Shown here piece by piece: positions 41,664-55,207 of a stretch of 64,000 bases of DNA. The notes beneath the pieces were generated by a model, which was not told where the DNA came from, did not search any database, and saw only the letters and a program-made list of their open reading frames with translations. The translations under genes were made by a program, and so were the position numbers. This DNA is from Eledone cirrhosa. Lineage: Eukaryota. The DNA lies in contig OZ024742.1 of assembly GCA_964016885.1 (NCBI GenBank), forward strand, positions 59,334,001-59,398,000, in the 5' to 3' direction. How positions within the stretch are numbered: the first letter of the stretch is position 1; each line of letters begins with the position of its first letter.

Positions 41664-43054
41664 TATGTTCATATATAAGTGTTTGTATTTAGGTATATGT
41701 ATATATGTGGCTATAAATACGATTGTTTATATATATATGCTTATATTTTTCAATGTATACAAACATTTGTATTTTGTGTGAGTGTGCCAGTATTTCCAAT
41801 GCCTGATAATAAGTTTATGCGTAGACTTTCTTTAATATTATATACACTTACTTTTTTGTTTCAGTTAAGTGAATGCGTTTTATTTGAAAGGAAAACTAAA
41901 TGTTTTTCTATTCCATTTTGTGTGTATATTGTAGCAAGTTTTCTTTTACTGTGTTACTCTTCTCACCTCTGCAGGTTTAACTGGCTTTCTATGAATATGT
42001 TTCTCCCAGGAAGTTTTTAGGGAGCTTTATTGATTATGGTTCAAAGCCTATCATACTTATACCGGTATATGTTAGTGTTACTATATTCGTGGATGTATAT
42101 CTGTGTTCGCAGGTGTTTCTGTATATTTCAAGCGTAAAGTAAATGTTTGTGCGTGTATATGTTAGTTTTAAAATATTTATATATGTACGTATTTATGTGT
42201 GTAGGTATGCATCTATGCATTTACGTATGTATGTACATTTGTATGTATATATGTATGTATGTTCTTTTGGTTTTATAATTTCACAAATTTTTATGTATGC
42301 ATCAATGTTAGGTTCTGTATACACACATATCGTGTAATTATGTGTGTTTATAATTTCATTAAACTATACATGTGCATTAATATGTTGGAGTGTGACTGTA
42401 TATGTGTGCGTATTTGATACCAATATTTAGGTGCAAGTACATATGTAGGTAGGCGCATATGTATTATTGTATATTAGAGTGTGTATATACACACATATAG
42501 TGTAACTGTGTCTACATTACTATGTGTTTATATATACACAGATAGAGTGTTACAATGTGTCTACATTAGTCTACAGAGTATGTTTGGGTGTATCATTTTC
42601 GGAGATAGGAATTTTCTGTGAGAAAAATATTAAAAAAAGACACATTAAAGTAAACATGAAAAGAGACGATAGCTTCATTATAAATCGAATTACTGTCAAA
42701 TAGAAGTTTTGTGTTTATGTCGAACTATTGTAGTTAAGGTGTGTCAGTGATAGCATGTGTATTTGTGTGTTGGTATGCTAGGGGTGGTGGAACTGGCGGG
42801 CAGCGGAACTGTTTCTCCACTTATCACTATTTGATAATTGCTAGTATGTGTATTCAAAGACAGATATCATTGGTCATTTTGGTATAATCACTTTATAATT
42901 ATTGAAAGCTGTAAATGTAATATGACATGCTTGGACTCAAATTGCATTTTCTGACCATTTTAGAGTGCAAAGAACTAAATTAATCACTACAACTAAATTG
43001 ATCAAATTTGCCTCCTCCCATCCGAAAACCAATTCAGAAATGCTTCCACCGCCC

Positions 43055-43091
<37 letters not shown>

Positions 43092-43133
43092 AAAAACGAA
43101 AAATCAGTGATGCATCGGAACTCAATTTATTGT

Positions 43134-43221
43134 GTGTTACAATTGTTTCCCCGGCGAACAGCTCGAGGTGCGGTCTGTGTGTGGATCGACCTGACTCTAG
43201 TCTCGCAGGTTCCTCGGACAC
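43134..43221 (-). ncRNA. hammerhead ribozyme homologue of 7152-7245 (U4C core change)
   Basis: GUGU-CCGAGGA-acc.gcga...ucgccggg-GAA-ACAAUUGU-A-ACAC; the flank atcagtgatgcatc..aac.caatttatt is shared with 7123-7151. Confidence 0.72.
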
Positions 43222-43431
43222 GTCTATTGATTTCGGATCATATCCTCTTTCTGGGATTTTCTGCCCTACAAGCCTATATCGTCCGCCTTCATCCGCTTTG
43301 CGCGTCCTTGGGTTGGTCACTGGTTAGTGACGTCATCATTATTCTGACCACTTGTAGCAGCCCGCTGACCGTCAGGGCGTGAGCTGTCACTCACCCACTG
43401 TCCCGTCGGCAAAATTACTGCTGTTTGTCAG

Positions 43432-43514
<83 letters not shown>

Positions 43515-43859
43515 GCAGATACATACACAGTAGCTTGTGTGCTAAAGTTCACACACAGAAATAGTCAGACAAATATATGTGTCACATACATATATGTATG
43601 TATCACTAGCTCGGATTAAAGGTTTAAGCAAAACATTACTGCTTTCACCTTAAACGGGTTCTTTCACAGAAACAAGTCCACTTCTTGGTCTTTGTATTTA
43701 TTATTAATATATATATAAATATATATATATATATATGAACACATGGGAGAAATATAAGAACAGAGACGATGGAAGACACAAACACAAGGACAATTCGCGT
43801 TCATCGGCTGTCTTTTGGGAGATCATTTTAGTTTCGGATGCTTTGTTATACATATGGAT

Positions 43860-44292
43860 ATATAAGACTGTACTGCTGTACGGAGTTGAAGCTTAAAGGA
43901 TAACAAAGAAGATGCAGCAGAAGATCCAGGCATTCTTCAACACCTATCTGAGGAGCATCTACAACATCAACTTGCCGGAGAAGACCGGAAACGAAGATCT
44001 GTGGGAGTGAGTGGGACAGGGACCAATGGCAAAGCAGATTCTCCGAAGGAAGGGGAGCTGCATTGGACACTCAGGAAACCAGCATCCAACACCACACGCC
44101 TAACCCTGGCCTGGAACCCACAGGGTAAGAAGAACAGAGGCCGGCTCCGCGTCAGCTGGAGGCATGACACTGAGGCTGAATTAAGAAAACTGGAAGCCAT
44201 CTCGAGTGGAGTGGCGAGAGCAGCCCAGGTCCGTATAAGATAGTGAAAGGAATATGATCCATAGAGAGTGATGAGGCTAAATGAATGAATGA
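43860..44292 (+). mobile_element. RTE-clade LINE 3' fragment
   Basis: LLYGVE, QQKIQAFFNT.LRSI, TLRKPASNTTRLTLAWNPQGKKNRGR, and a tgaatgaatg tail. Confidence 0.85.
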
Positions 44293-44475
44293 GAATATGA
44301 TATTGTAAAACTGGTATGATTGGAAATTTACGGATTGGATTAAACTCTCAACTGTCTCTTGCCTATCTTGCTGTAGATCATAAAATCAAATTGAACTTGA
44401 AAATGTTCTTTGCTTCTATATGGTTGTATTATCAATCATTAAACTCTCTCACTCTTTCTCTCACCCTCTTTCTCT

Positions 44476-44518
<43 letters not shown>

Positions 44519-44546
44519 CCCCTCTCTCGCTCCCCCTCTCTCTCCC

Positions 44547-44614
<68 letters not shown>

Positions 44615-44760
44615 TTCTCTGTATATATACTTCTACCAAGCACGTACCATACAGAGTGCTCTACTACCACGGATATACCCCACCAGTGTTCTACTGGAAG
44701 ATGACCGAAGTTACAGTACCAAAAGGTACTGAATACGTTAGTAGAGTATAGAGAACTTTA

Positions 44761-44910
<150 letters not shown>

Positions 44911-45094
44911 TAATAAAAACAATGAATAAAAACAAAGAAACAGTTCCTTATATTAAAAAATTCATCATTTTACGATCGTTTCTAGGATATATATGTGTGT
45001 GTTGGTATGTATATCATATAGATCTATGTAAAGATTTTACAAACTATCAGAGGGAATATACATACCTACACATATATATGCTGTCTTCAGAAAT

Positions 45095-45275
45095 AATTGT
45101 TTCTACTTTATGCACAAGGCCAGAAATTACCCAGTGCATTACTGGTACTTTATTTTATCGACCCCGTAAGGATGAAACGCAAAGTCAACCTCGGCGGGAT
45201 TTGAACGCAGATCGTAAAGGCACGTAACTATGCTGGAAAGCTGGCGTCCGACCCTCTACTAATACTGCCAATCCA
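45095..45275 (-). mobile_element. SINE family B
   Basis: Minus strand GTTCAAATCCCGCCGAGGTTGACTTTG...GGGGTCGATAAAATAAAGTACCAGT. Confidence 0.75.
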
Positions 45276-45289
45276 AAATAATGATATTT

Positions 45290-46937
45290 GTTTATTGAAA
45301 AAAAAAACAACAAAGATTTAATATAATAGGTCTGTTTGGGAACAGGATTTGAATTGACCAATAGAAGAGTAGTAAGTGGTCAAGTTGATAGAATAGTAGT
45401 AGTAGAAATTTAATTTAGGGGTAGAGGAATGCAGACTTCAGTTTTGAATGGAAATAATACTTTGAATAAAAAGATTACTTTGGGGATGAAAAGAGGTCAA
45501 GCCTGTGAAAGGTACACGAAAATTTGATGTTATTAAAGAATAATGTTAATGTTAAAATCGAAGGAGAATAAAATTTTAGGATAAATGTGTTAGTGAGAAA
45601 TACCAATCTTATTAAAAACATAAGGAATTTAGATCTATAAAAAGAAATTAAATTAATTTAATTGATAGGTATACTTATAGGGATAAATTTATATATTCAT
45701 TCATATAGATGTGATAAATAAGAGTTTGATGTTATTAAAGAATGTTGTTAAAAACGAAGGAAAAAAAAATTGGTGGGGATAAATGTATTAGTGAGAAATA
45801 ACAAACTTATATAGACTACAAGGAATTTAGATTCATAACAGGAAATTAAAATAGTTTATATGTATACTTATAGGTATTAATTTGAGGAAAAGATAGCTGT
45901 AAAAGGGAAATAAAATTATGAAGTTCTCAGTAGTAAAATACTAATTATAGGTTAACTAAATTTAAAAAAACTAATTATAATAATTTGTAAAATAAAAGTG
46001 TATATTTATTAGGTTTATAATATTTGAAAGTTCTTCTAATTCTATGATTGCACGATATAATTAATTCTTGTCGCTTATTTAATAGGATATCCTTAGATTT
46101 CATTATTTCAAAAAGCTCCTGGGAACATAATTTACACTCATACCTGTTATTTTGATAAGGGGGGGCTTTTGAGCACACTCCAGGTCAGGTTATAATCGAT
46201 ATTCTTTTTTCTATAATTATTAATTATTTCAGCCAAGGATGTTGTATTAGCTAATGCGGCATTTTAAAAACTGTGTTTGTGGGTATTAAATCTTACTTTA
46301 AATTGGTTAGAAGTAGCTCCTATATATGAATAAGTTGAGTCCTTAGTGCTAATTTTACATTTATATACTATGTTATTAATAAGGCAATTTCTTTTTAATG
46401 GGAAATTTGCTTTGTTTCTACAGTTACAACCATTCGTGAATATTATATCAGGGGAGTTAGTCAAATTAGGTGTGGAATTTACTGGACTTGTTGTATGTGA
46501 AGGAGATGGTGGTTTGATGCGGTTTATTTTAGTATTATGGTTAGTTTGATGTGTTGGTGGTATATTCATGTTTCTTTTACATAAGTGCCTACAATGCATA
46601 TAAATCTAAAATAAACCATGAATATAACACCAACACATCAAACTAACCATAATACTAAAATAAACCGCATCAAACCACCATCTCCTTCACATACAACAAG
46701 TCGAGTAAATTCCACACGTAATTTGACTAACTCCCCTGATATAATATTCACGAATGGTTGTAACTGTAGAAACAAAGCAAATTGCCCATTAAAAGGAAAT
46801 TGCCTTATTAATAACATAGTATATAAATGTAAAATTAGCACTAAGGACTCAACTTATTCATATATATAGGAGCTACTTCTAACCAATTTATAGTAAGATT
46901 TAATACCCACAAACACAGTTTTAAAAATGCCGCATTA
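45290..46937 (-). mobile_element. Penelope-like 3' fragment (GIY-YIG plus 3' UTR) with inverted duplication
   Basis: GCNCRNKANCPLKGNCL, IVYKCKI, YIGATSNQFKVRFNTHKHSF, CKLC..E, LLNKRQELIISCNHR. Arms 46252-46570 and 46617-46937 are inverted. Confidence 0.9.
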
Positions 46938-47227
46938 ATAGCTGTACATCGCGAAAAAGAATCTGTATCATTTGTTTACTATTTCTTCATAAATACATTT
47001 TAAACTTATAGCCTCGTTTAAATGGTTTTCTGTGTGGTTAATTTATACTGTTTGGGAGAGGAAATACTGTATATATTTTATCTAATGATTCTTTGAACTT
47101 ACATTTTTATATATTTCTCTGATTAATAATTTAATTAATTCTTCATTGAGCCACACTGTGAATGGTTGCCAAACGCATATATGTCTCTGTGACTTTGTCT
47201 AATTTATATATATATACCCTTTGAATT

Positions 47228-47288
<61 letters not shown>

Positions 47289-47290
<2 letters not shown>

Positions 47291-47831
47291 TACAGGTAGC
47301 GCATGGATAACATGTAATAAAATGAGTCCCTCATCAGTGATTTGCCGACGATCATAGATATTTCATTGCATTAAAAATCATATACCTCACGTCGGTGCAA
47401 TAATAACTAAAATAAGTTATTAGGACAATTAAAACGCGTAAAGCGAGTGAGATAGGAGAACAACAAAGAGTATAGCTAACCGTAGGGGAATGAAACAAGC
47501 TTCATAATTATTCTGTTTAGCGTAAGCTAGGTGAATATATGAGCGCTTTAGAAAAAAGACCTTACACGAACGAGGGCCATGTGAGAAGAGAGAAAAATAT
47601 AGCTTTCGTCGTGTACGGGATGAAGTGAAGAGAGGAGAAACAGTGAGTGAGTGAAAGTGTGAGGAAGAGTTAACTGACATGACAGAGGGGGCGAAAGAAA
47701 GTAGGAGAAACAGAGAGAATGGGGGAGCAGCAAGAGAGAGAGAGAAAAACACAGAATCGCAGTTTGGGTATGTAATAAAATATGGAGAAAAATACTGCAG
47801 GTAGCGCATGGATAACATGTAATAAAATGAG
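47289..47831 (-). mobile_element. pLTR-like unit with ~40-bp terminal direct repeat
   Basis: tact(a/g)caggtagcgcatggataacatgtaataaaatgag at about 47289 and 47793; (TA)n flanks; CUGAUGAGGGA remnant on the minus strand. Confidence 0.6.
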
Positions 47832-47917
47832 ATATACATATATATATCGTTAACCTTTACTAAATGTATACTGTCTCATTAATACTTAGTATATCTCTCT
47901 ATATGAAGTTGATGCAA

Positions 47918-48108
47918 ATATGTTTATATTGTATAATAACATAATCATAATTATAGTTCGGTATATTTTTGTATATAGTTTTGTTCTAATATGTTTATGA
48001 TGTATAATAACACAATCATAATTTTAGTTCGGTATAACTCTATATATAGCTTGTCCAAATATATATATATTTATATTGTATAATGACATAATCATAATTA
48101 GAGTACGG
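47918..48108. repeat. ~70-bp tandem repeat, three degenerate copies
   Basis: tttatattgtataataacataatcataatt.tagttcggt repeated. Confidence 0.8.
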
Positions 48109-49043
48109 TTCTTCCCTAGAAGGCTGAACTAATGTAATGATCTAATATAATATATGAATAGATAATGAAATTAATGATTTATAGTCCTCTTATTAAGATC
48201 AATGCACACATATATATATATTTACAGCTGAAAGCTCTGGTTTAATTGTTATACTTTAGACACTATAACTATTTAACAATAAATTCCTTGATAATTATAA
48301 CTGTAAATACTTCATAAAATATACACATGGAAAATGTTGACACTGTTACAAGCAATATTGTTAAAGATTACCTTTGCGTGAACATTGAACAGTATATATT
48401 TTTCTTTCGCGGGCCTAGTAAATCCTTTAAATTTGATTTCATAAAACTTTGAATTTTAGAAATTTAACACATTTATAAAATTTATAAAATTTATAACACA
48501 AATAACCATCAACTTTTAAAACCTAAAATTTTGAGTCGTAACTCTAAAATAACTTAAATTAAATATTTTGAAATTTAACCGCCAAGGCTATACATGTTTA
48601 TGTGTCTGGAGAATATTTGTGCATAAATTACTCCCTTTTATCTCTCTCTCTTTAATTATCTATCAGTTGCATTCTCAAACTAAAAACTAAAAAAATTATA
48701 ACTCCAGATATCTATAGTCTTCCTCTATAGTCCTACAGTAGTATTTCAAACTATAATAACTCTATAACTGTTACATTAAAGCAATCTTTTTCTTACTCAC
48801 ACCCTCTCTATTGATTCTATTATGTTTTCGCATGTTCTCATTTGTAGGGTATAAATATTGAGTTTTCTCACAAGTTAATCAATACCTTGATTAAATCTTA
48901 ACCATTTAACATATCAGGGTATGTTATGTATCATTTTATTTTATCTGATGTGGACATACTATTGAACTTGATTCAAGTATCTCTGAAATATGTATAATAA
49001 CATTTAATTGATCACAAGAACATCTATTTTATTAATATTTGAA

Positions 49044-49079
<36 letters not shown>

Positions 49080-49165
49080 GTAGGTCCCGGGTTGAGTCGG
49101 GGATAACCACAGTAAGTAAGGTACTCAATACATGGCAGAGTAAAATATATTTATTGTATAGAAGG

Positions 49166-49216
49166 AGGTTGTACAGGACTAGAACTGTTTCATTCAGATG
49201 AAATCTTCAGGAAGCT
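49166..49216 (-). ncRNA. degenerate hammerhead motif inside a short inverted repeat
   Basis: agcuuc-CUGAAGA-uuucaucugaau-GAA-ACAG..CUGU-A-caaccu. Stem I is eroded. Flanks at 49146-49170 and 49229-49255 are inverted. Confidence 0.45.
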
Positions 49217-49378
49217 GGGTGTCATATTAAGCTCCTTCTATACAATAAATATATATACATATACATACAATGTCAATTAGATCACTAGGGATTTTTGTAC
49301 AAGTTGAAAACATGTTATGTATACCTATATATAAATCGATATAAACACATGTACATGCACACATATACACGCCACCGC

Positions 49379-49462
<84 letters not shown>

Positions 49463-49674
49463 TTCGTTTCTGAATTTGTTTAGCAAGATTCTTTATCTGG
49501 AAACGTGTGTTGAAACCGATATTGTTATGCTTTGGGAGGGTCATGTTGCCAATAAGAAACACACGCACCAGTTGCTTTCACTCCAATTTATTATAAATTA
49601 AATTTATAAATTTAAGAATTTATAAATTTCCCGTTGGTTAGTTGGTTCCATAACCGGACGATTGTTCATATATT

Positions 49675-49717
49675 GTCAAAGTTCTTTCGTCACACATTCT
49701 GTGACCTCTTCAGTGAC
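49675..49717 (-). ncRNA. minimal type I hammerhead in a PLE 3' region
   Basis: GUCA-CUGAAGA-g-GUCACA-gaaug-UGUGAC-GAA-AGaaCU-U-UGAC, about 200 nt downstream of the GIY-YIG stop on the same strand. Confidence 0.8.
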
Positions 49718-49912
49718 TGGGGATTCTTTTCTTTGTTTTTGTGCCTCTCCTTTGTTCTGTCCTACGCCATCTTGTTTTTGTGTGTGCTGTGTGCTTAGTT
49801 TGCGCATGTGTTACATCCGGGTGTCTGTGTGTATTTATATTTGTTTATTTATTTGTTTACTTACATGTTACTGGTTGGTTGTTTGTTCTATGTGTGTGTT
49901 TTCATTTTGTCC

Positions 49913-50225
49913 TTAATTGTAAGTTGTGATGTTGCTATTCCATTCATGTTTTCTATTTAATTTTGGTTGGAGTTCATTTATGTTTATTGCCTTTGTGATT
50001 TGTCTAAACATTCCGTCTTTTCTGTGTGTAGATTCTATTTTTATTTCTATGTTCTCTAATTTACCCTTATGTTCTATTTTGGCATGTTGGTGGAGTACAG
50101 ATGATTCTTTTCTATCTTGAAGCTCTCGCCAGTGTTCATTTATCCGTTTTCCTATACTACGAGCTGTCTCACCTATGTACACTATATCCTTATCTCTACA
50201 TTGTTCTTCTGTACATCTTAGCATA
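49913..50225 (-). pseudogene. Penelope-like GIY-YIG C-terminal fragment
   Basis: VYIGETARSIGKRINEH...SSVLHQH...RQITKAININELQPKLNRKHEW. Confidence 0.92.
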
Positions 50226-50504
50226 AGATGTACTGAAGCACAATGTAGAGATATTTGACGATATTTGACGATAACAGCTAAACTAATTACTACAACAAAA
50301 TTGACGAAATTTGACTTCACCAATCCAGAAATGTTTCCACCGTCTCTGGTGGTCATCAATGTTTATATAAATATGTAGACTGTGAATTTCAGAAGATGCC
50401 AACGACATTCATTTTAGAATAGATATAAGCAAGTCTATATACACGAGAATATATTGCAATGTTCTGGTTTACATGAATACAAATATATATATATAACCAC
50501 CACC

Positions 50505-50548
<44 letters not shown>

Positions 50549-51140
50549 CAGTTTTTCACTCGCTTGTAAATTTGTGTTTGATACACGTTGGATCAGAGCT
50601 TATAACAGGAGCAGAACTATTTGAATTTCGTCTCCTGCCGTCACGTAAATTTCTGAACCAGTGGCCAATCGACTGACAGTATCGTGATGACGCGTAGGGA
50701 TTTTAGATGCTAATGTTTTACTGAGTTGGCCGTCACATTCAGTCATAGCTGGCACGGACTGGAATCGAATTCTGTCGATCGATTGGTTATTGATTAGGCG
50801 CAACCCGCTGATGAAGCCACATTCACCGATTGTACTTTGTTGCATAATAAATGCAGACAGTGGATGCTGTGCACTCTATTGCTGCATTAAGTGTGGTAGA
50901 AACTCGAGTTCGGTTATAAATTGAAGGTACCCATTTACGTGTGTTGTGTTAAAGCGAATAACCATGTGTCTACTCTGGGAGTTTACTTAACATTACCTAT
51001 TGAGTGCGCTGAGATATAACAGATACTAGCAGTGAAACCCATGTTAGTTTCGTCAACTTATTTTATATATATACATTATATATATTGATATGTAAAGTTA
51101 TGTCGTCACTCAAATATACATATACAGTATATACACATAT

Positions 51141-51197
<57 letters not shown>

Positions 51198-51738
51198 AGC
51201 ATACATATATATATATATACATATATACATATATATATATACATATATACATGGCCATGACTGCTACTATGGTAGTAAGCTAGCCGCTGTCTTAATAACC
51301 ACTCGCTTTCCACTGATTGACCTCGATGTCACGTGATTGATTCTTTTTGAATTTGCCACGGACGTAGAGGCAGTGATTTTCTCAATGGCTTGGAATCCAG
51401 TCCACGCATCGCTATTTCCATTCCACTGAATTATTTTTTTAATAAGTTTCCAGTGTCCTCGCTATGCCTGGAGACCTATACGGAAAAAGACTTTCCTGAT
51501 GGCGGAATGATTTTCTATATGTTTCTTCGGAAAATATATTTACTCCATTCCAGAAACTAATTAGTTGGAAGTGATTTTTTAGTAAGTAAGTTAATTTTAT
51601 AATTTTCTTATGTTACGTCTCTCATATTATTGTTCTGCAACCCCATGCATTGAACCACATTGTTAATAAGACAAAACCTATATATTTGCTAGCATTGATA
51701 TGCATCTGTGTGTATATAAATGTTACTAGATATAAATT

Positions 51739-51781
<43 letters not shown>

Positions 51782-52359
51782 TATGGCGATGACTTCGAAA
51801 CGAAGATACATTAAGTTAAAGGTCAGATCCACTCCACCCTCAAAAAAGAGCTGGGCCCCATTATGTTGATTGTACCCTGTGCTGATCGATATAGAAACCG
51901 TTGGAGTGTTTATAGTATTAGTGTATTAGGCGAAGCTTTCATGCGATTTGTTATACTTATCTAACAACATTATTTACTCATTGCTATTTAATCCCATTCT
52001 TCACTTATCTTTTTCAAGCCTTTGAATTCTATATTACATAAAGCACCATTCACAAGAATTTCATGAAAAGTTGTAAAAGCGACGATGTTTAAATCTCATT
52101 AAAAATATAGTAAATAGTTTGTTTCCAAAATTTCGCAACCATCTCTTTTCAATAGTAACAACTTATAGCATTTGAATTAATACACCGATTTTTAGATATT
52201 TTCTGCTAAATCATTACTGGATTTACGTGTTAAGATAGACCATGTTACATGATATGGTCACAATGATTAAAGCAAAGCGATCTGAGAATTCTCCTTTCAT
52301 TTTGTATAAATGGCAAATTATCTTATTCATAGTCTTTATAATTTATATCTATATATCAG

Positions 52360-52560
52360 GACAGTGGATTTGTTAGACCACCGGCCAAAATGCTTTGCTG
52401 CACTTAGTTATCGCCCTTTATATTCTGAGTTCAAAACCCGCCGAGTTTAATTTTACCTTTCATCCTTTTAGGGTCGATAAAATAAAGTAACAGTAAATTA
52501 CTGGGTTCAATATAATCGACTTCCCAACCCCAACAAATTCCCGGTTCCGAGCCAAAAAGA
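52360..52560 (+). mobile_element. SINE family B
   Basis: ttctgagttcaaaacccgccgag...cctttcatccttttagggtcgataaaataaagta. Confidence 0.75.
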
Positions 52561-54109
52561 AATCATAATATCTATCTATTCATACTTAATACTGTGTGTG
52601 TGTGTACGTCTATATTTCCCATTGGAATGTAAGAGTGGATAAACTCATCTTTGGAGGATCAAATTCGATTGTGGCAGGGTGTCATGATTTCGCTTCATTT
52701 TCTATTTTCGTTTCCATATTTCGGTAATTCACCGAAGAGTTACGTGGTTCCTTGTTTTAATCCCCTAATCATTTTCTAAAACAGTATATGGAGCCTGATG
52801 CATTTGTCGAAGAACATTTTATTTAAAAAGTCACTTTCAAGATTTGCCGTTCAGCTAGAACTGACTTACCGAAACGTTTGAGGCTACCACAGACATTAGA
52901 TATATACATTATTAGATATATTAGATATATATATACCTTATTAGATATATACATTACAGATGCTGCTTCCCATCACAGTACATTTGATAAAAAATGATAC
53001 ACTGAACATTCATTTCTAATTCTTTATTTTTTATATTTCAACATTCGTTGACTTCCCCTACATATTCCTTCCCGTGTTTTCTTACGATTTCAACCACACA
53101 CAGATGGGGTGAGTGGTCGCAGTGTCCACATTGGAGGTGATTGAGATAAATGTTGAAAGTGAGATAAACATCACAGTACCCAGTGTTTTCTTCTCCCGTC
53201 TAAGACGGTAGGATGTGATTTCAGAAACGTTTGGCTGCTATCATTCTAGCAGTTAACATTCATGTGATAAAAACAAGAGTGAATAATTTTTTTCTACCGT
53301 ATTCCTCGTACATTGAAGTTTCAGAGGAATGTGAAAGTATTTTAAATTCATGAAGAAATAAAGTCTCTATAATTTAATGAATCCTTCGACAGAAGAAATT
53401 CTGAATGAAACGTGATATTTCAAAATTCAATTCCTTCCTTTTACATTAAAATCTGCCACAGGAAAATACTTTGGTAGGTCAGATTATCAAGACTTACCTA
53501 GAACAAAAATAAATAATGAAATAATTCAATTAGTTATGATATATAAGAACACTAGCCTGAAGGCAGTCAAATTGCAGATCCATTTACCAAATTTCCAAAG
53601 TAATTTATACGGACAAATTGAAATTAAAATGATAAAGAACTTTTTACGTGCGTGTTTTATTTTATTTCTAAATTTTCTGCTAAAAGTAATTCTAATAAGA
53701 GAATCTTACGTTTATTTTAATGTCGTCAGCACCTGTGTATTTATTATTTAATCTTATCCACATTAATTATTTCCTTTTTGTTTTGTATATTTTAGATTTC
53801 GCTTTCATTAATTCCAACCGGCAGAGAAAATTGGTACGTTGCAATTATGTGAAACAAGTGCTTATTGTTACCGCCGTAACCTGCTGAAATATATAGTTAC
53901 TATGGTATCGAGTTCACTTGGCAACTACACAGTTTCGGGTTCAGTTCTGCTCCATAAAATCAGAATGACAGTAGCCCGTTTGAGGAAAGGGCTTCGCGAG
54001 ATGGGATGGCCGTTGCAGCGGATGTCGCGGCCCATTGTCTGCGGAATTGCCTTAGCTATTTTGGCCACGGGCCACAGCCAAAGCACTGCCGAAATCTAAA
54101 GAAAAAATC

Positions 54110-55135
54110 AGGATGGAATATCTGCAGATTCCTCATTAGTCCACCATAAATGCTCTCCTTTTTGATAATGTTTAGCATTTTATTGACATCTGCTGGGCCG
54201 CTGGTTTCCACTATTGTCCATGCCTTCTTTTCTCTGTCCTATATCACTATGTCTGGTCTGTTATGTTTACATTTTATTGGAGTTTTTGACTGGAACCATC
54301 CACCGGCACTCTTTCATATTATCTATGCGTATGTCCTCCACCCCACTCTAACTTTTTATGTTTATTTTCAGGGCTATTATTTCTATGGATTGCATTGTAT
54401 AACGTTTTGGCCACTACATCATGTTTCTGTTTCATGAGGATATCTTTGGACAGCTGCTTATGATATGGGTGACTCTTTGTTGTTTATTCAGCAGAGTCTG
54501 CATCTGTTGCATCTAGTTGCATGTATCCCTATCTTCTTTGTGCATAAGGTATTTCGTTGTTATTTCCTGTTTTCGGATTGCAAAATCATATCCTACAAAG
54601 TGAGAGCAAATACACCTGTTGGTCCATGAATGCCTACTTTGCTTATCTATTTTACTCTCACTTTAAGCTTCTGGCAACATAACCATGTATAGCTTTTGCT
54701 GATAAGCATGCAGCTCACGGATTCATTGTGGTATTTCCGTGTGTGAGATTTTGATTATCATACAAAGAGCATTTCCGAAAGAACTCCTTCCCAACTCTCA
54801 TGATGTAATCTGCCTCATGTAGAGAGAATTATTCTATAGATTGGATTCTAGGCTTGGTGGTTCGTAGATGTGGGAGAGAATTGATGCGACACTCAAATGC
54901 TGTTTGGGCTGATGTTAAGCCTCTGCCTCCCGGTTTACGTTTCAGGTAGAGGTGGTCAATTTGACTGTTGATGTCGAAATTACCAGTGTCAGTTAGAATT
55001 TTTCGTTTTTAACATTAATTGCTCGGAGCTCATCTAGCGTCCACTCAAGTAGTCCAAATGTTGGTGTCAGTATATGCACAGCAAGCACATTGCGGGATAC
55101 TGATTTCAGAAGACCATATTTTTCTTATCCGAATG
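54110..55135 (-). mobile_element. older degraded R4/Dong-like fragment
   Basis: [11 protein letters not shown] and KILTDTGNFDINSQIDHLYLKRKPGGRGL are homologous to the neighbouring 727-aa ORF (KKIWSSELS, KLLSVTGNFNING..LYFSRKEGGRGL). Confidence 0.8.
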
Positions 55136-55207
55136 TTTGTTTGTATGTATGTATGTATGTATGTATGTATGTATGTATGTATGTATGTATGTATGTATGT
55201 ATGTATG

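Noticed and set aside
50795-50830. ctgatgaagcc motif
   Set aside because: No closing stem II or GAAA nearby.
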